In this document: one piece after another, positions 49,259 to 59,400 of the stretch
Numbering within the stretch: the stretch's first letter is position 1
Layout: each line of letters opens with the position of its first letter
Origin: an uncultured Gammaproteobacteria bacterium
GTDB taxonomy: Bacteria > Patescibacteriota > Patescibacteriia > UBA9934 > GWF2-40-263
NCBI GenBank assembly: GCA_964513275.1
Contig: CAZELN010000001.1
Span: 406-63,668, forward strand
Direction of reading: 5' to 3'
Length of the DNA stretch: 63,263 bases
Notes under the pieces: generated by a model
What the model saw: the letters and a program-made list of their open reading frames with translations, nothing else
The model's database searches: none
Told to the model about the DNA's origin: nothing
Translations under genes and position numbers: made by a program

Positions 49259-49630
49259 TTACTGACGATAGAGTTTTGTTCCTTCGATCGAGATGACATC
49301 CGGATCGTCCGTCGTGGTAAGGACATTCATTTCATATTCCTTTGCTCCGTCGGCGTAGACTTTCTTTACGAGAATGGATCCATCCAGGAAACGTTCCGTG
49401 ATTTCGTAGGTCCCTTCCTCCTGATAGCTTGAATCGGTGGTGAGTGTATAGTGGCCATTTTCAAACTCATAGATCATCCACCATTGATATTCCGCTTCAG
49501 GACTGGCTTCCCCGCGCCAGGTTCCGGTGAGTTCGTCGACGGGAATTTGGATGTTTGTTTGTGGCCAGAGGAAGAACCCACCAACAATGACGACGGCGAG
49601 GACAAGAAGGACGATGTGATGTGCTTTCAT
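49259..49630 (-). CDS. hypothetical secreted/membrane-anchored protein
   Basis: N-terminal TM, 123 aa. Confidence 0.5.
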   Translation of the reverse strand: MKAHHIVLLVLAVVIVGGFFLWPQTNIQIPVDELTGTWRGEASPEAEYQWWMIYEFENGHYTLTTDSSYQEEGTYEITERFLDGSILVKKVYADGAKEYEMNVLTTTDDPDVISIEGTKLYRQ

Positions 49631-49631
49631 A

Positions 49632-51863
49632 TTATTCCAAGTGACTTGGAGCGATTGAATACAATTTTGATCCAGCCAGGACGTAGATGGTATACCCAGA
49701 TTCGTCTACCACAAAGTCTGTCAGGCCTTGGAATGCATCAGACCGATATTGAACAACGAATGCCCCTGTCTCTTTGAGGAAAACAACAATACGTTGAGTG
49801 GAAGGTTCAAGAATATACAAGTAGGCACTTTCTGCGTTGGTCCAGATTTTGCGAGCCTGTGTGAGGCGTGGATCTACCATGCTTGTGTTCCATCCTTCCT
49901 CGCTTCCATTGGCAAAACGTGATACCGAACCATCCTGCATGAGAATGTAGACGTTTCCATCAATGGTAAAGGAGACAGCGGTATCCAGAGCAACCGTTCG
50001 AGAAGTAATCCAATCTGTTTCCCCATCAAGCGTTGAACCACTGATGTTGAATCGCACGATTTGGCCTTCAGTTGTTTCTGTGCTTGGTCGCAGCAGATAC
50101 AGACGATTGGCGTAGGCGACCAGATCGATCCAACGGTTGTCTTGGGTCGAAAGGGTGTTCAGGGTTTGATCTTCAAAAGAAACGCTCGAGATATTTCCAT
50201 CTGAACTCAGCAAATAGGTGCGCCCGTCTTCTTGGCTCATGGCGATGGGAGAGTTTGTGTTAGTTGCTGTGGCGATGGTGTCAAAGCGTTTTTCTTGGCG
50301 ATGGTATTGGTAGACACGTCCATCAGATCCAGCGACGAGGAGGTTTCCTGAGGCCAAGATCAGAGCGTTTCCAAATACTCCATCCGTAAGCGTTTCAAGA
50401 TCTGCTAAAAGAGGTGGGTTTGGAATTGTCACTAAGTGGCGGATTTCGTTGAGAGCGGTTTGAAGATCATGTTTGAGTTCCTGGACGTGTTCTTCTCGTT
50501 CAGGGGTGTTACTTGGAAGTGATTCGATGAGCGTTTGGGCGTTTACGTAAAGACTACGCGCTTGGTTTTCATCTTTGTAAATCACGGCTCCAGCCGCTCG
50601 TTCCATTAGGTCTTGGATCGACGCAAGCTGTCTTTGGTAGGTTTCTTCCTCTGCCGCCCGCGCTTGGGATTTTGAGAGGGTAGAAATACCCACCACAAGA
50701 ACGACGGCTGCGACAACAACACCGCCGACGAGATATTTTGTCGATGCTGGAGCTGTTCGGATTCGTCCAAACAGGGACGTGAAACCCCCTTGGAATGGAC
50801 GTTGTTTTAGCTCAAGATGCGTTTTAACGCGAGTTCGCCCCTCTTTATTTTTCAATAGTTGGAACCACTTGGATACCGTTTTTTTGCCTTGTCTTAACAG
50901 GAAACTTGTAATCCGCAGCCCGAATCGCGCACTACGACGCAGAAGATCCCTGAAGCTTCCCTGTGAGTCTAGTTCTTTCAGTATTCTTGAGCGGTTGTTG
51001 GACGTTGGTTGTACATAGGCGAGTACTTTTTTGACCAGATGAGAGAGCTTGGGGCGTTGGTCGCCTAATAAACGATCGGTTTGTTCTTCTGTTGAGTTGA
51101 ATGCTTCTACCGAAAGGCTCGATTGGGGTGTTGCTGAGGATTGAAACCCTGTTGTTTGTACGACACTCTCGTCAGCTACTTTTAAAATCGTAAGCAAGAG
51201 GCTGTCTTTGAGCGCAAAGTATTGGCGGATTTTTTGTACTGCCCCAACAGGCGGAAGGGAGGATAAAATGTGATTGAGTTCGTCTGGTGGGATGGCTCTT
51301 TGGAGATCCTTGTCGCTCACGCAAAATACATCTCCTGAGTGAAGGTCTCCGTCCAAGACGATGGCAAATGTTTTTTCCCATGTGGGAAGGGACTGTTCTG
51401 TCTGGAGGCCTCGGAACAAATTGAAAATTTGGTATCGTTGCGAGGGTTTCTTGTGAAGAAATAATACTCCCAATTCTCCCGTTCCTGAGAGGTACATTTC
51501 CGTTGTTGAGACGATTCCTACCAACGCGTGGAGATGTTCAATAGGAATTTGCCAACGGCCTTCCCGAACGTACTGCGCAAGCGTCTCATTTAACGCACCA
51601 AGGAATTGTTCAAAGCGATGCTGTGGGTTTGATTCTTTTCCAAATGAATCTGCAAGACGTCTTGTTTGCTCCATGAGCACTTGGAGGAGGACTTCCGCGT
51701 CCTCTGTTTCCTTTTTTGTGTACGCAACAAGAAAGACAAATCCTCCTCGCTCCTGGACAGGAAGAAGCAGAGAGATCCCACGGATGTGTTCATCGGGCGT
51801 CTGGGGTTCATAGGTCGCCCCTTTGATCTCAGCGTGCATAGCCATTTGCCCAGGAGTTAGCAT
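49632..51863 (-). CDS. large hypothetical protein: cytoplasmic N-domain, central TM, repeat-rich (propeller-like) C-domain
   Basis: 743-aa uninterrupted ORF with TM YLVGGVVVAAVVLVVGI. No family recognised. Confidence 0.6.
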   Translation of the reverse strand: MLTPGQMAMHAEIKGATYEPQTPDEHIRGISLLLPVQERGGFVFLVAYTKKETEDAEVLLQVLMEQTRRLADSFGKESNPQHRFEQFLGALNETLAQYVREGRWQIPIEHLHALVGIVSTTEMYLSGTGELGVLFLHKKPSQRYQIFNLFRGLQTEQSLPTWEKTFAIVLDGDLHSGDVFCVSDKDLQRAIPPDELNHILSSLPPVGAVQKIRQYFALKDSLLLTILKVADESVVQTTGFQSSATPQSSLSVEAFNSTEEQTDRLLGDQRPKLSHLVKKVLAYVQPTSNNRSRILKELDSQGSFRDLLRRSARFGLRITSFLLRQGKKTVSKWFQLLKNKEGRTRVKTHLELKQRPFQGGFTSLFGRIRTAPASTKYLVGGVVVAAVVLVVGISTLSKSQARAAEEETYQRQLASIQDLMERAAGAVIYKDENQARSLYVNAQTLIESLPSNTPEREEHVQELKHDLQTALNEIRHLVTIPNPPLLADLETLTDGVFGNALILASGNLLVAGSDGRVYQYHRQEKRFDTIATATNTNSPIAMSQEDGRTYLLSSDGNISSVSFEDQTLNTLSTQDNRWIDLVAYANRLYLLRPSTETTEGQIVRFNISGSTLDGETDWITSRTVALDTAVSFTIDGNVYILMQDGSVSRFANGSEEGWNTSMVDPRLTQARKIWTNAESAYLYILEPSTQRIVVFLKETGAFVVQYRSDAFQGLTDFVVDESGYTIYVLAGSKLYSIAPSHLE

Positions 51864-51910
51864 TTGTGTACATTATACCTAGATGTTCGGGAGGCGCAAA
51901 TGAAGCCATT

Positions 51911-52522
51911 ATGATGAAAAAACCTTTTAAACTCGAACAGATGTTTGGTTCAAAGACGCGGGCGAGGCTCATGGCGCTCTTTCTTTCGCAACCAGACGAC
52001 CTGTTTTTTGTTCGAGAGCTGACCAGACGGATTGACGCCCAGCTCAATTCCGTTCGTCGAGAGTTGAAAAATTTAGTCCAGCTTGGACTTCTGTTGGAAA
52101 AAGAAGGAATGGAAAAAGCCTCACCTCGTCTGGCGGACAAAAAAAAATACTACTGCACGAACCAGGATTTTATTCTCTTTGCTGACCTCCGATCGCTTTT
52201 TCAAAAAGTACAAATTCTTTTGAAGCAAAATCTTGTACAAGACATTCAAGAGAAAGGGCGTATTGATTATCTTGCGTTTACGGGAAGATTCGTTGATGCC
52301 ACAGATATTCCCACGGACATCCTCATTGTAGGATCCATCAAACAAGAGGACTTGGAAAAAATGATCGCGAAATTTGAAGAGGAAATCCCTTATGAGATTA
52401 ACTATACGCTCATGCCTAAGGATGAATTCCTTGATCGTAGACAAGTCGCCGATCGGTTTCTTTTTTCTATTCTCAATGGCGAAAAAGTCGTGATGATTGA
52501 TCGGATCCATCGTCTTGTATGA
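51911..52522 (+). CDS. winged-helix (ArsR-like) DNA-binding protein
   Basis: LFGSKTRARLMALFLSQPDDLFFVRELTRRIDAQLNSVRRELKNLVQLGLL. Confidence 0.5.
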   Translation: MMKKPFKLEQMFGSKTRARLMALFLSQPDDLFFVRELTRRIDAQLNSVRRELKNLVQLGLLLEKEGMEKASPRLADKKKYYCTNQDFILFADLRSLFQKVQILLKQNLVQDIQEKGRIDYLAFTGRFVDATDIPTDILIVGSIKQEDLEKMIAKFEEEIPYEINYTLMPKDEFLDRRQVADRFLFSILNGEKVVMIDRIHRLV

Positions 52523-52929
52523 TGCTCCTTCTTTTGGCTCAAGACATTGGTTGGCTGTCTATCGGTCTTGCACAGAGTGGGAAACTCATCCAGGAACGCA
52601 CTAGTGAAACTTCCCCAGAGGGATATCTTTTGAACCTTCATCAGACGTTAGAGGCATGGTCTGTATCTTTGGAACAGATAAAGAGTATTCTGGTTGTCAC
52701 AGGTCCGGGTTCGTTCACGGCGAGTCGTGTCAGCACCACCATAGCAAATGCGATTGCTTTTAGCAGGAATATTCCTATCATGGGAGTTGAAAATTCATCA
52801 CATCGTTCTTTAACGGAATTGCTTATGAGCTTGCCGGAAATGGGATCGACTCATGTCGCTCCAACGTACGACCGGCCGCCAGAAATTACGAAAGCTCGTA
52901 TCAACAGTGGGGATAACGGATGTGACTAG
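52519..52929 (+). CDS. tsaB: tRNA t6A biosynthesis protein TsaB (short form)
   Basis: ILVVTGPGSFTASRVSTTIANAIAF. Confidence 0.55.
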   Translation: MMLLLLAQDIGWLSIGLAQSGKLIQERTSETSPEGYLLNLHQTLEAWSVSLEQIKSILVVTGPGSFTASRVSTTIANAIAFSRNIPIMGVENSSHRSLTELLMSLPEMGSTHVAPTYDRPPEITKARINSGDNGCD

Positions 52930-52979
52930 GATTCACTCAAAATGTTAATGTATAGGTATCATTGTAAAAAAATATCTTT

Positions 52980-53660
52980 ATGGCGTTTACACAAGACGTA
53001 CTTCAAGGTCCACTTCTGGAACTCTGGGAGACGGTTATGGCGTATCTTCCAAACCTTCTTGGAGCGATCATTGTTTTTTTGATCGGCGTGATTGTCGCGG
53101 TTGTGTTGCGTCGACTCGTTGTGCAAATCATCGGACTTCTGCGCATTGACGATCTGGCAAAGCGGTTAGAGATTACTGCCCAGTTTGAACGCGCGGGGTT
53201 GCGGCTCCATATCGGAGCGCTGTTAGGTTGGATCGTGAAGTGGTTTTTTATCATTATTGCCCTCATTGCCGCGACGGATATTTTAGGATGGGATCAGGTC
53301 ACGGACTACCTTGCTCAGGTGGTTCTGTTCATACCAAACGTGATCATTGCGGTTATTATTCTCTTGGCTGGCATATTGCTTGGGAATTTTGTCCAAAATG
53401 TTGTGAAGTCTGCCGTGGAAGCAGCACAGCTTGCCTCGGCTGAATTTTTGTCCGGTGTTGCGAAGTGGGCGATTCTTGTTTTTACCCTCATGGCCGCCCT
53501 TGTGCAGCTCCAAATCGCTCCTGAGCTCATTCGTGTTTTGTTTACGGGTCTTGTGGCGATGTTGGCTCTGGCTGGCGGACTTGCCTTCGGGCTTGGCGGA
53601 AAGGAACACGCCCATCAGTTTCTCAACCGCTTGAAGAAAGATATTTCATCCGAGAAGTAA
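52980..53660 (+). CDS. membrane protein with conserved TM-helix repeats (mechanosensitive-channel-related)
   Basis: Repeated L..A.IIL..G....N.V motif typical of the TM_helix repeat. Confidence 0.5.
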   Translation: MAFTQDVLQGPLLELWETVMAYLPNLLGAIIVFLIGVIVAVVLRRLVVQIIGLLRIDDLAKRLEITAQFERAGLRLHIGALLGWIVKWFFIIIALIAATDILGWDQVTDYLAQVVLFIPNVIIAVIILLAGILLGNFVQNVVKSAVEAAQLASAEFLSGVAKWAILVFTLMAALVQLQIAPELIRVLFTGLVAMLALAGGLAFGLGGKEHAHQFLNRLKKDISSEK

Positions 53661-55138
53661 TGTCCTATCACTACGGTCAGTCACGATTTTGGGAAATGTT
53701 CCCCGGCCTCTTGGTTTGGGGAACTTTTTCTCTTGCCCTTGCCTTGAGTTTTTTACAGCCGCTGTGGGTGATCGTTTTCATCATCGTTTTTGATTTGCTG
53801 TGGTTGTTCCGAGTTCTCTACTTCAACGTGTTTGTTGTCATTTCCTGGAGTCGCTATCGTCGTGCAAGAAAAACAGATTGGCAAAAGATGCTTGCTTCTG
53901 TGCCTGGTTCAGAGCGTATTCGTCATCTGGTTTTGCTCCCCACCTACAAAGAGAGCTATGAGATCATTCGTTCGACCTTGCGTTCGCTCAGGGATAACAC
54001 GATGCCGAATAACCGGTTCTTTGTTGTGCTGGGAGGGGAAGAGGCAGACAAAGAGGCATTTGAGAAAATGGCTCATCGAGCGCAACAAGAGTTTGGATCC
54101 GTCTTTGCCTACTTTGGAACAACCCTTCATCCCAAAGGGTTACCTGACGAAATTCCTGGCAAGGGATCAAACCTTCACTGGATGGGACACGAACTCGAGC
54201 GTCGGCTTAGGGAGCGTTTCCCAGAAGTAAAAGATGAAGAGATGGTGGTTTCTGCGTTTGATATTGATACGGTGGCACATCCTCAGTATTTTTCGTATCT
54301 CACCTATTTGTATTGCACGGTCGAGGATCCCACTCGTTCTTCGTATCAACCGATCGCCATGTTCTCGAACAATATTTGGTCGGCAAACGCTCCCGTGCGC
54401 ATTGGAGCATTCGGAACAACCTTCTGGCTTTTTGGCGAGCTTACGCGGTCAGAACGACTTTGGACATTCTCGTCACACTCCATGCCGTGGAAGATGCTCA
54501 AAGACGTGGGGTTCTGGCAGAAAGACATCGTCAGTGAGGATTCGCGTATCTTCATGCAGGCCTATCTGCACTACCACGGGGACTATCGAGTGACACCGAT
54601 GTTTTTGCCGGTTTCTATGGATGCGGTAACAGGGGCAAACTACCTCGATTCAATGAAGGCTTTGTACGTACAGATGCGTCGATGGGCATGGGGAGTGGAA
54701 CATCTTCCATTCATCATTGATGGATTCAAACATGATTCGCAGATTCCTTGGCGCAAGAAGGCACAATATGTGTTCAATCATATTGAGGGGATGTTCACGT
54801 GGGCGACCGCGCCGATCATTATGTTTGTGCTTGGTTGGTTACCATTATGGGTTGCGAAGGGTCAGACCAATGCGCTTATCCAAGCAGCTCCATTTACTCT
54901 TGAGCAGCTGATGCAGTTTGCCATGATCGGTATCTTGATTTCCGCCGTGATGTCGCTCACATTATTGCCTTCACGTCCGCAAGAAGTCCGCAGACATACT
55001 TGGATTACTATGGGTCTTCAGTGGATTCTACTTCCCGTGACGTTTATTCTCTTTGGTTCCTTCCCAGCCATCGACGCACAGACTAGACTTATGATAGGAA
55101 ACTATCTTGGATTTAAGGTTACAAAAAAGACGAGGTAA
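53660..55138 (+). CDS. membrane-embedded family-2 glycosyltransferase (processive, cellulose-synthase-like)
   Basis: LLPTYKESYEIIRSTL, FDIDT, SEDSRIF, QMRRWAWG (QxxRW). Confidence 0.75.
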   Translation: MSYHYGQSRFWEMFPGLLVWGTFSLALALSFLQPLWVIVFIIVFDLLWLFRVLYFNVFVVISWSRYRRARKTDWQKMLASVPGSERIRHLVLLPTYKESYEIIRSTLRSLRDNTMPNNRFFVVLGGEEADKEAFEKMAHRAQQEFGSVFAYFGTTLHPKGLPDEIPGKGSNLHWMGHELERRLRERFPEVKDEEMVVSAFDIDTVAHPQYFSYLTYLYCTVEDPTRSSYQPIAMFSNNIWSANAPVRIGAFGTTFWLFGELTRSERLWTFSSHSMPWKMLKDVGFWQKDIVSEDSRIFMQAYLHYHGDYRVTPMFLPVSMDAVTGANYLDSMKALYVQMRRWAWGVEHLPFIIDGFKHDSQIPWRKKAQYVFNHIEGMFTWATAPIIMFVLGWLPLWVAKGQTNALIQAAPFTLEQLMQFAMIGILISAVMSLTLLPSRPQEVRRHTWITMGLQWILLPVTFILFGSFPAIDAQTRLMIGNYLGFKVTKKTR

Positions 55139-55166
55139 TTATCTTGATCTACCATAGGGAGCACAT

Positions 55167-56219
55167 ATGGCGTATCCGAAATTAAGCGTGCACATTGTGA
55201 GCTGGAACTCGATGCGATTTTTGCCGGATTTGTTGAAATCCATTATGGATCAGACTATCCGGGATTTCAACGTTCTGATTATCGATAACGCCTCATCCGA
55301 TGGAGTCGAACAATTTCTCAAAGAACAGTATTCCGAAGTTGGCTTTATTCGCAATGCGCGAAACCTCGGATTTTCAGCAGCGCATAATCAAGGTATTCGG
55401 TATGCGATTGAGCACTGGCCAGAAACAGAACTAGCCGATCGTTTCATTTTAATAATCAATCCCGATGTACTCCTTACGCCGACCTTTCTTGAGGAGTTAG
55501 TTCATGCGATCGCATCGCATCCAGAAGTTGGGAGTTTTGGAGGCAAACTTCTGCGCGCCTTTGGAGAGAATTTGGGCGATGAAGTCCTTAAGGAGGTTAT
55601 TCGTTCGGATCGTATTGACTCCGTTGGCCTGAATCCGCATCGTAATCGAACGGTCACGGATCGTGGTGCTGGAGAGCTTGATGAAGGTCAGTACGAAAAA
55701 CAAGAAAAGGTTTTTGGTATCTCTGGCGCACTTGTGCTCTATCGTGCCAAAGCGCTCGAAGATGTGCGGTTTGGCGATGAGATTCTCGACCACGATTTTT
55801 TTGCGTATAAAGAAGATGTGGATCTTGCTTGGCGTCTTCAGCACGCAGGTTGGGATTCGCTTTATGTTCCTCGGGCCGTGGCCTATCATTATCGGGGCAT
55901 GTATGGGCCGGAGAAAAGTGGGCTGTGGAAACGGATGCGTAACCACCGTGAGAAGTCTTCGTTGCGGAATTTTTTTTCCACACGAAATCATTGGTTGATG
56001 CTCATCAAAAATTTGAAGCTCGTCAATTTTCTTTTGAGTGTTCCTTGGATCATGACGTATGAAGTGGGACGGCTCGGATACATCCTTGTGTTTGAGCGTT
56101 CTGGTTGGAGAGCGACTCGCGAGGTCTTTACTCTGGTACCGCGCATGTGGCGAAAACGTCGGGCAACGATGAAACGTGCGAAGCGTCCAGCGAAGGAAAT
56201 TCGTAAGTGGTTTGCGTGA
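55167..56219 (+). CDS. family-2 glycosyltransferase (rhamnosyltransferase-like)
   Basis: SVHIVSWNS...LIIDNASSDG...GFSAAHNQG...FAYKEDVDLAWR. Confidence 0.8.
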   Translation: MAYPKLSVHIVSWNSMRFLPDLLKSIMDQTIRDFNVLIIDNASSDGVEQFLKEQYSEVGFIRNARNLGFSAAHNQGIRYAIEHWPETELADRFILIINPDVLLTPTFLEELVHAIASHPEVGSFGGKLLRAFGENLGDEVLKEVIRSDRIDSVGLNPHRNRTVTDRGAGELDEGQYEKQEKVFGISGALVLYRAKALEDVRFGDEILDHDFFAYKEDVDLAWRLQHAGWDSLYVPRAVAYHYRGMYGPEKSGLWKRMRNHREKSSLRNFFSTRNHWLMLIKNLKLVNFLLSVPWIMTYEVGRLGYILVFERSGWRATREVFTLVPRMWRKRRATMKRAKRPAKEIRKWFA

Positions 56220-56269
56220 TGGATGTCTCAAGGTACGATATACTGGCCTAAGAAGTAAGAGAGGAGGAC

Positions 56270-58288
56270 ATGACACACCACCAAGAGTTTCTTCAAGACA
56301 CAGAGCCTTCACAGGAACAGGCTCGCAGGTCGCGAACGCGGATCGTTCGAACACTTTTTTTGTTCTTTTTTGTTCTGCTTGCACTTTGGGTGGTGAGTTT
56401 CATTACGGCAAGCGTGTATGTTACGACCCAACTTTTTGAGGCCCGGGATTCCATGGTGGGGATCCGAGAGGCGGTAGGTCGTTTTTCATTTGGCGAGGCC
56501 AAGGAAGAGACGCAAGCAGCACAGGCATCACTTGACTCTGCTCGTTCTGTTCTTCCGTTTATTCGGTCCGCCTCTTGGCTCCCATTAGCAGGCATCCATG
56601 TTGATACCTTTGCCGATGTGATAACGGCAAGCGAAGCGCTTCTTGAAGCGTTTGATCCAGTCATCGAGTTAGGGAGCGATCTCATGCGCCTTGCAGGACT
56701 CAGTGAGGAATATCTTCGCGAGGTGGAGGAAGGCGTTTCTCCAGAAGTGACATTTGATGACCTCTCGACAGAAACAAAACGGGCGGTATTGCAACGGCTT
56801 TCTGCCAGTGCAGATGAATTAGATCTTTTTTTGGTCGAGCTCGCCATTTTGGAGGAGGAGATGTCGCTGCTTTCAGCGTCTGTCCAATTAGAACCTTTAC
56901 TCGCGGTCCTTGATCCGCTGATGGAGGATTTGCAGGTTGCCCAAGAACCTCTTCAGTTGCTTTCTATTGTTGCACGATTGCTGCCTGGGTTTGCAGGTCT
57001 TGAAGAGTCTTCCTCGATTCTTTTGTTGTTCATGAACAGTAATGAGTTGCGTCCTGGCGGAGGATTTATCGGTTCCTATGGTGTGTTGGAAATGTCAGGA
57101 GGCGATATTGCCCACCTTGAAACAGCAGACGTGTATGCGCTTGATCGTGCAGTAGAAGACGCTATCACTCGTGAAGCTCCTGAGCCTCTGAGCCGGTACA
57201 ACGCCACAACGCATTGGTTTTTTCGTGACAGCAACTGGTCTGCTGATTTCGCGGTTTCATCTGCGCAGGCGATTGAGCTATTTCTCGAGGAGGTTGGGTT
57301 TTTAGATGAAGGATTCGAGGTTCCTGCGACGAAGCAGGTAGATCATCTTATCGGTTTCACCCCAACATACGCCTCGGATCTGCTTGCCATTACAGGTCCT
57401 ATCACTGTTGGCGGACAGACGTTTACCGCGGAGAATGTGGCTGACTTGCTTGAGTACCAGGTTCAGTATGGATATGCAGCCTCGGGCGTGCCGGAAGCCC
57501 AGCGCAAAGAAATTTTGGCAGACCTTGTGAACGAGGTGAAAACTCGGCTGTATGCACTTCCCAGCGCGAGTTGGTCTTCGGTTTTGGAAGTGACTTTACA
57601 GGCGCTTGCGCAAAAGCAGTTGCTTTTATTCAGCACCGATGAAGCGATTCAAAACATGTTGCAAGAGGTTGGATGGGCTGGCTCGGTTGATTCCACAACG
57701 GTGGATACGCTCATGGTGGTGGATGCGAACCTTGCCAGTCTCAAGTCGGATCCGGTCGTTGCACGGGATGTGACCTATGAAATCTATCAAAATGCGTCTG
57801 AGCAGTGGATTGGTCGAGTGGCGATTCACTATAAACACAACGGAACCTTTGATTGGAAGACCACCCGCTATCGAACCTATACACGAGTGTACGTGCCGAT
57901 GGGAACTGAATTTTTGAGTGTCGAAGGGAGTTGGCTGAATGACAAAACGCAGAATCCAACAAAAGCAAAGGGGTCGGTTGATATTGTGAATGAGCTCGGA
58001 CTCACTTCATTTGGAACGTTTACCTCCGTGGAGCCTGGGGAAGAAAGTATCCTGACGTTTGAATTTGTCCTTGCTCAGGAGGTTGGAGAGGCGATTGAAT
58101 CAGATGACTACACACTCACCGTCTTAAAACAAGCCGGAGCGCAAAATAATGCGTTGACGCTCGACCTTGATTTTGGTAAGAATGTGACACACGCGACTCC
58201 TGGAGAGGATTCAGATGAGTGGGGAGACGATGTGTATCGCTTGAACACGATTTTAGATCAAGACCTCGAGATTCACGTGGAGCTCTAG
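56270..58288 (+). CDS. DUF4012-domain protein
   Basis: N-terminal TM. LFMNSNELRPGGGFIGSYGVLEMSGG is the hallmark motif. Confidence 0.75.
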   Translation: MTHHQEFLQDTEPSQEQARRSRTRIVRTLFLFFFVLLALWVVSFITASVYVTTQLFEARDSMVGIREAVGRFSFGEAKEETQAAQASLDSARSVLPFIRSASWLPLAGIHVDTFADVITASEALLEAFDPVIELGSDLMRLAGLSEEYLREVEEGVSPEVTFDDLSTETKRAVLQRLSASADELDLFLVELAILEEEMSLLSASVQLEPLLAVLDPLMEDLQVAQEPLQLLSIVARLLPGFAGLEESSSILLLFMNSNELRPGGGFIGSYGVLEMSGGDIAHLETADVYALDRAVEDAITREAPEPLSRYNATTHWFFRDSNWSADFAVSSAQAIELFLEEVGFLDEGFEVPATKQVDHLIGFTPTYASDLLAITGPITVGGQTFTAENVADLLEYQVQYGYAASGVPEAQRKEILADLVNEVKTRLYALPSASWSSVLEVTLQALAQKQLLLFSTDEAIQNMLQEVGWAGSVDSTTVDTLMVVDANLASLKSDPVVARDVTYEIYQNASEQWIGRVAIHYKHNGTFDWKTTRYRTYTRVYVPMGTEFLSVEGSWLNDKTQNPTKAKGSVDIVNELGLTSFGTFTSVEPGEESILTFEFVLAQEVGEAIESDDYTLTVLKQAGAQNNALTLDLDFGKNVTHATPGEDSDEWGDDVYRLNTILDQDLEIHVEL

Positions 58289-58290
58289 CT

Positions 58291-59295
58291 ATGTTTCAGA
58301 AAAAAATCGGTATTGACCTGGGAACGACCACCGTCCTCGTTTATGTCCCTAAACGAGGCATTATTATTCATGAGCCTTCCGTGGTCGCGGTCTCCTATAC
58401 GGATAAGAAAGTTCTCGCGGTTGGAAAAGAGGCGAAGGACATGATTGGTCGCACCCCTGATTCGATTGTTGCACGCCGACCGCTCAAGGACGGTGTGATT
58501 GCGGACTATCGTACGACTGAGGCGATGCTCCGTTACTTTATTAATAAGGCTCTTGGTGGAGTTCGATTATTTCGACCCGAAGTCATGGTGGCTGTCCCTG
58601 GCGGAATCACGTCTACAGAACGTCGAGCGGTTATCGACGCAACGCTTGCCGCTGGTGCAAAGGCGGCCTATATCATCAAGGAGCCGATCGTGGCTGCGAT
58701 CGGCGCGAACATTCCTATTGGATCACCATCCGGTCACATGATTATCGATATCGGCGGAGGCACGGCGGAAATGGCAGTTATTTCCCTTGGAGGAATTGTT
58801 GCCTCTGAATCTGTCCGGATTGGTGGCGTGAAGTTCGATGCGGCTATTTCGGAATATATTCGTCGAAAATATGGTCTTGCTGTGGGAGAACGCACAGCAG
58901 AAGACATAAAGATTCAGATTGGCGCGGCCATGTATCTTCCAGACAAGCTCGCGATGGAAGTAAAGGGACGAGACATGGTGACAGGCCTTCCAAAAATTAT
59001 TCAAGTGACAAGTGACGATGTTACCGCGGCGATCCAAGCCGAGCTTGAAGGCATTATCAACACGGTCAAGGAAGTGCTTCACAAGACCCCACCAGAACTT
59101 TCTGCGGACGTGATGGACAAGGGGATTGTGCTCTCAGGAGGATCGTCTCAGTTGCGCAATCTTGATATGCTTATTGCTGAGGCGACAGGGGTGCCGACGT
59201 TCCTTGCCGAGGATCCGCAACAGTGTGTGGCAAAGGGGACGGGGATTGCGCTTGAGAACCTCGAAGCCTACAAGAGATCGATTTTTACATCTTAA
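58291..59295 (+). CDS. mreB: rod-shape-determining protein MreB
   Basis: IGIDLGTTTVLVY, EPSVVA, IIDIGGGTAEMAVISLGG, GIVLSGGSSQLRNLD. Confidence 0.95.
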   Translation: MFQKKIGIDLGTTTVLVYVPKRGIIIHEPSVVAVSYTDKKVLAVGKEAKDMIGRTPDSIVARRPLKDGVIADYRTTEAMLRYFINKALGGVRLFRPEVMVAVPGGITSTERRAVIDATLAAGAKAAYIIKEPIVAAIGANIPIGSPSGHMIIDIGGGTAEMAVISLGGIVASESVRIGGVKFDAAISEYIRRKYGLAVGERTAEDIKIQIGAAMYLPDKLAMEVKGRDMVTGLPKIIQVTSDDVTAAIQAELEGIINTVKEVLHKTPPELSADVMDKGIVLSGGSSQLRNLDMLIAEATGVPTFLAEDPQQCVAKGTGIALENLEAYKRSIFTS

Positions 59296-59302
59296 AGATC
59301 TT

Positions 59303-59391
59303 CTCGTCATTGCGAGGAGGGAGATGCTTATTGACCGACGAAGCAATCTTCAAGGATTGCTTCGGTCGCTACGCTCCCTCGCAATGACGAG
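59303..59391. repeat. 89-bp palindromic REP/MITE-like element, copy A
   Basis: CTCGTCATTGCGAGG...GAAGCAATC-ttcaag-GATTGCTTC...CCTCGCAATGACGAG. It fills almost the whole mreB-GT4 spacer. Confidence 0.85.
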
Positions 59392-59400
59392 AGTTTGTTT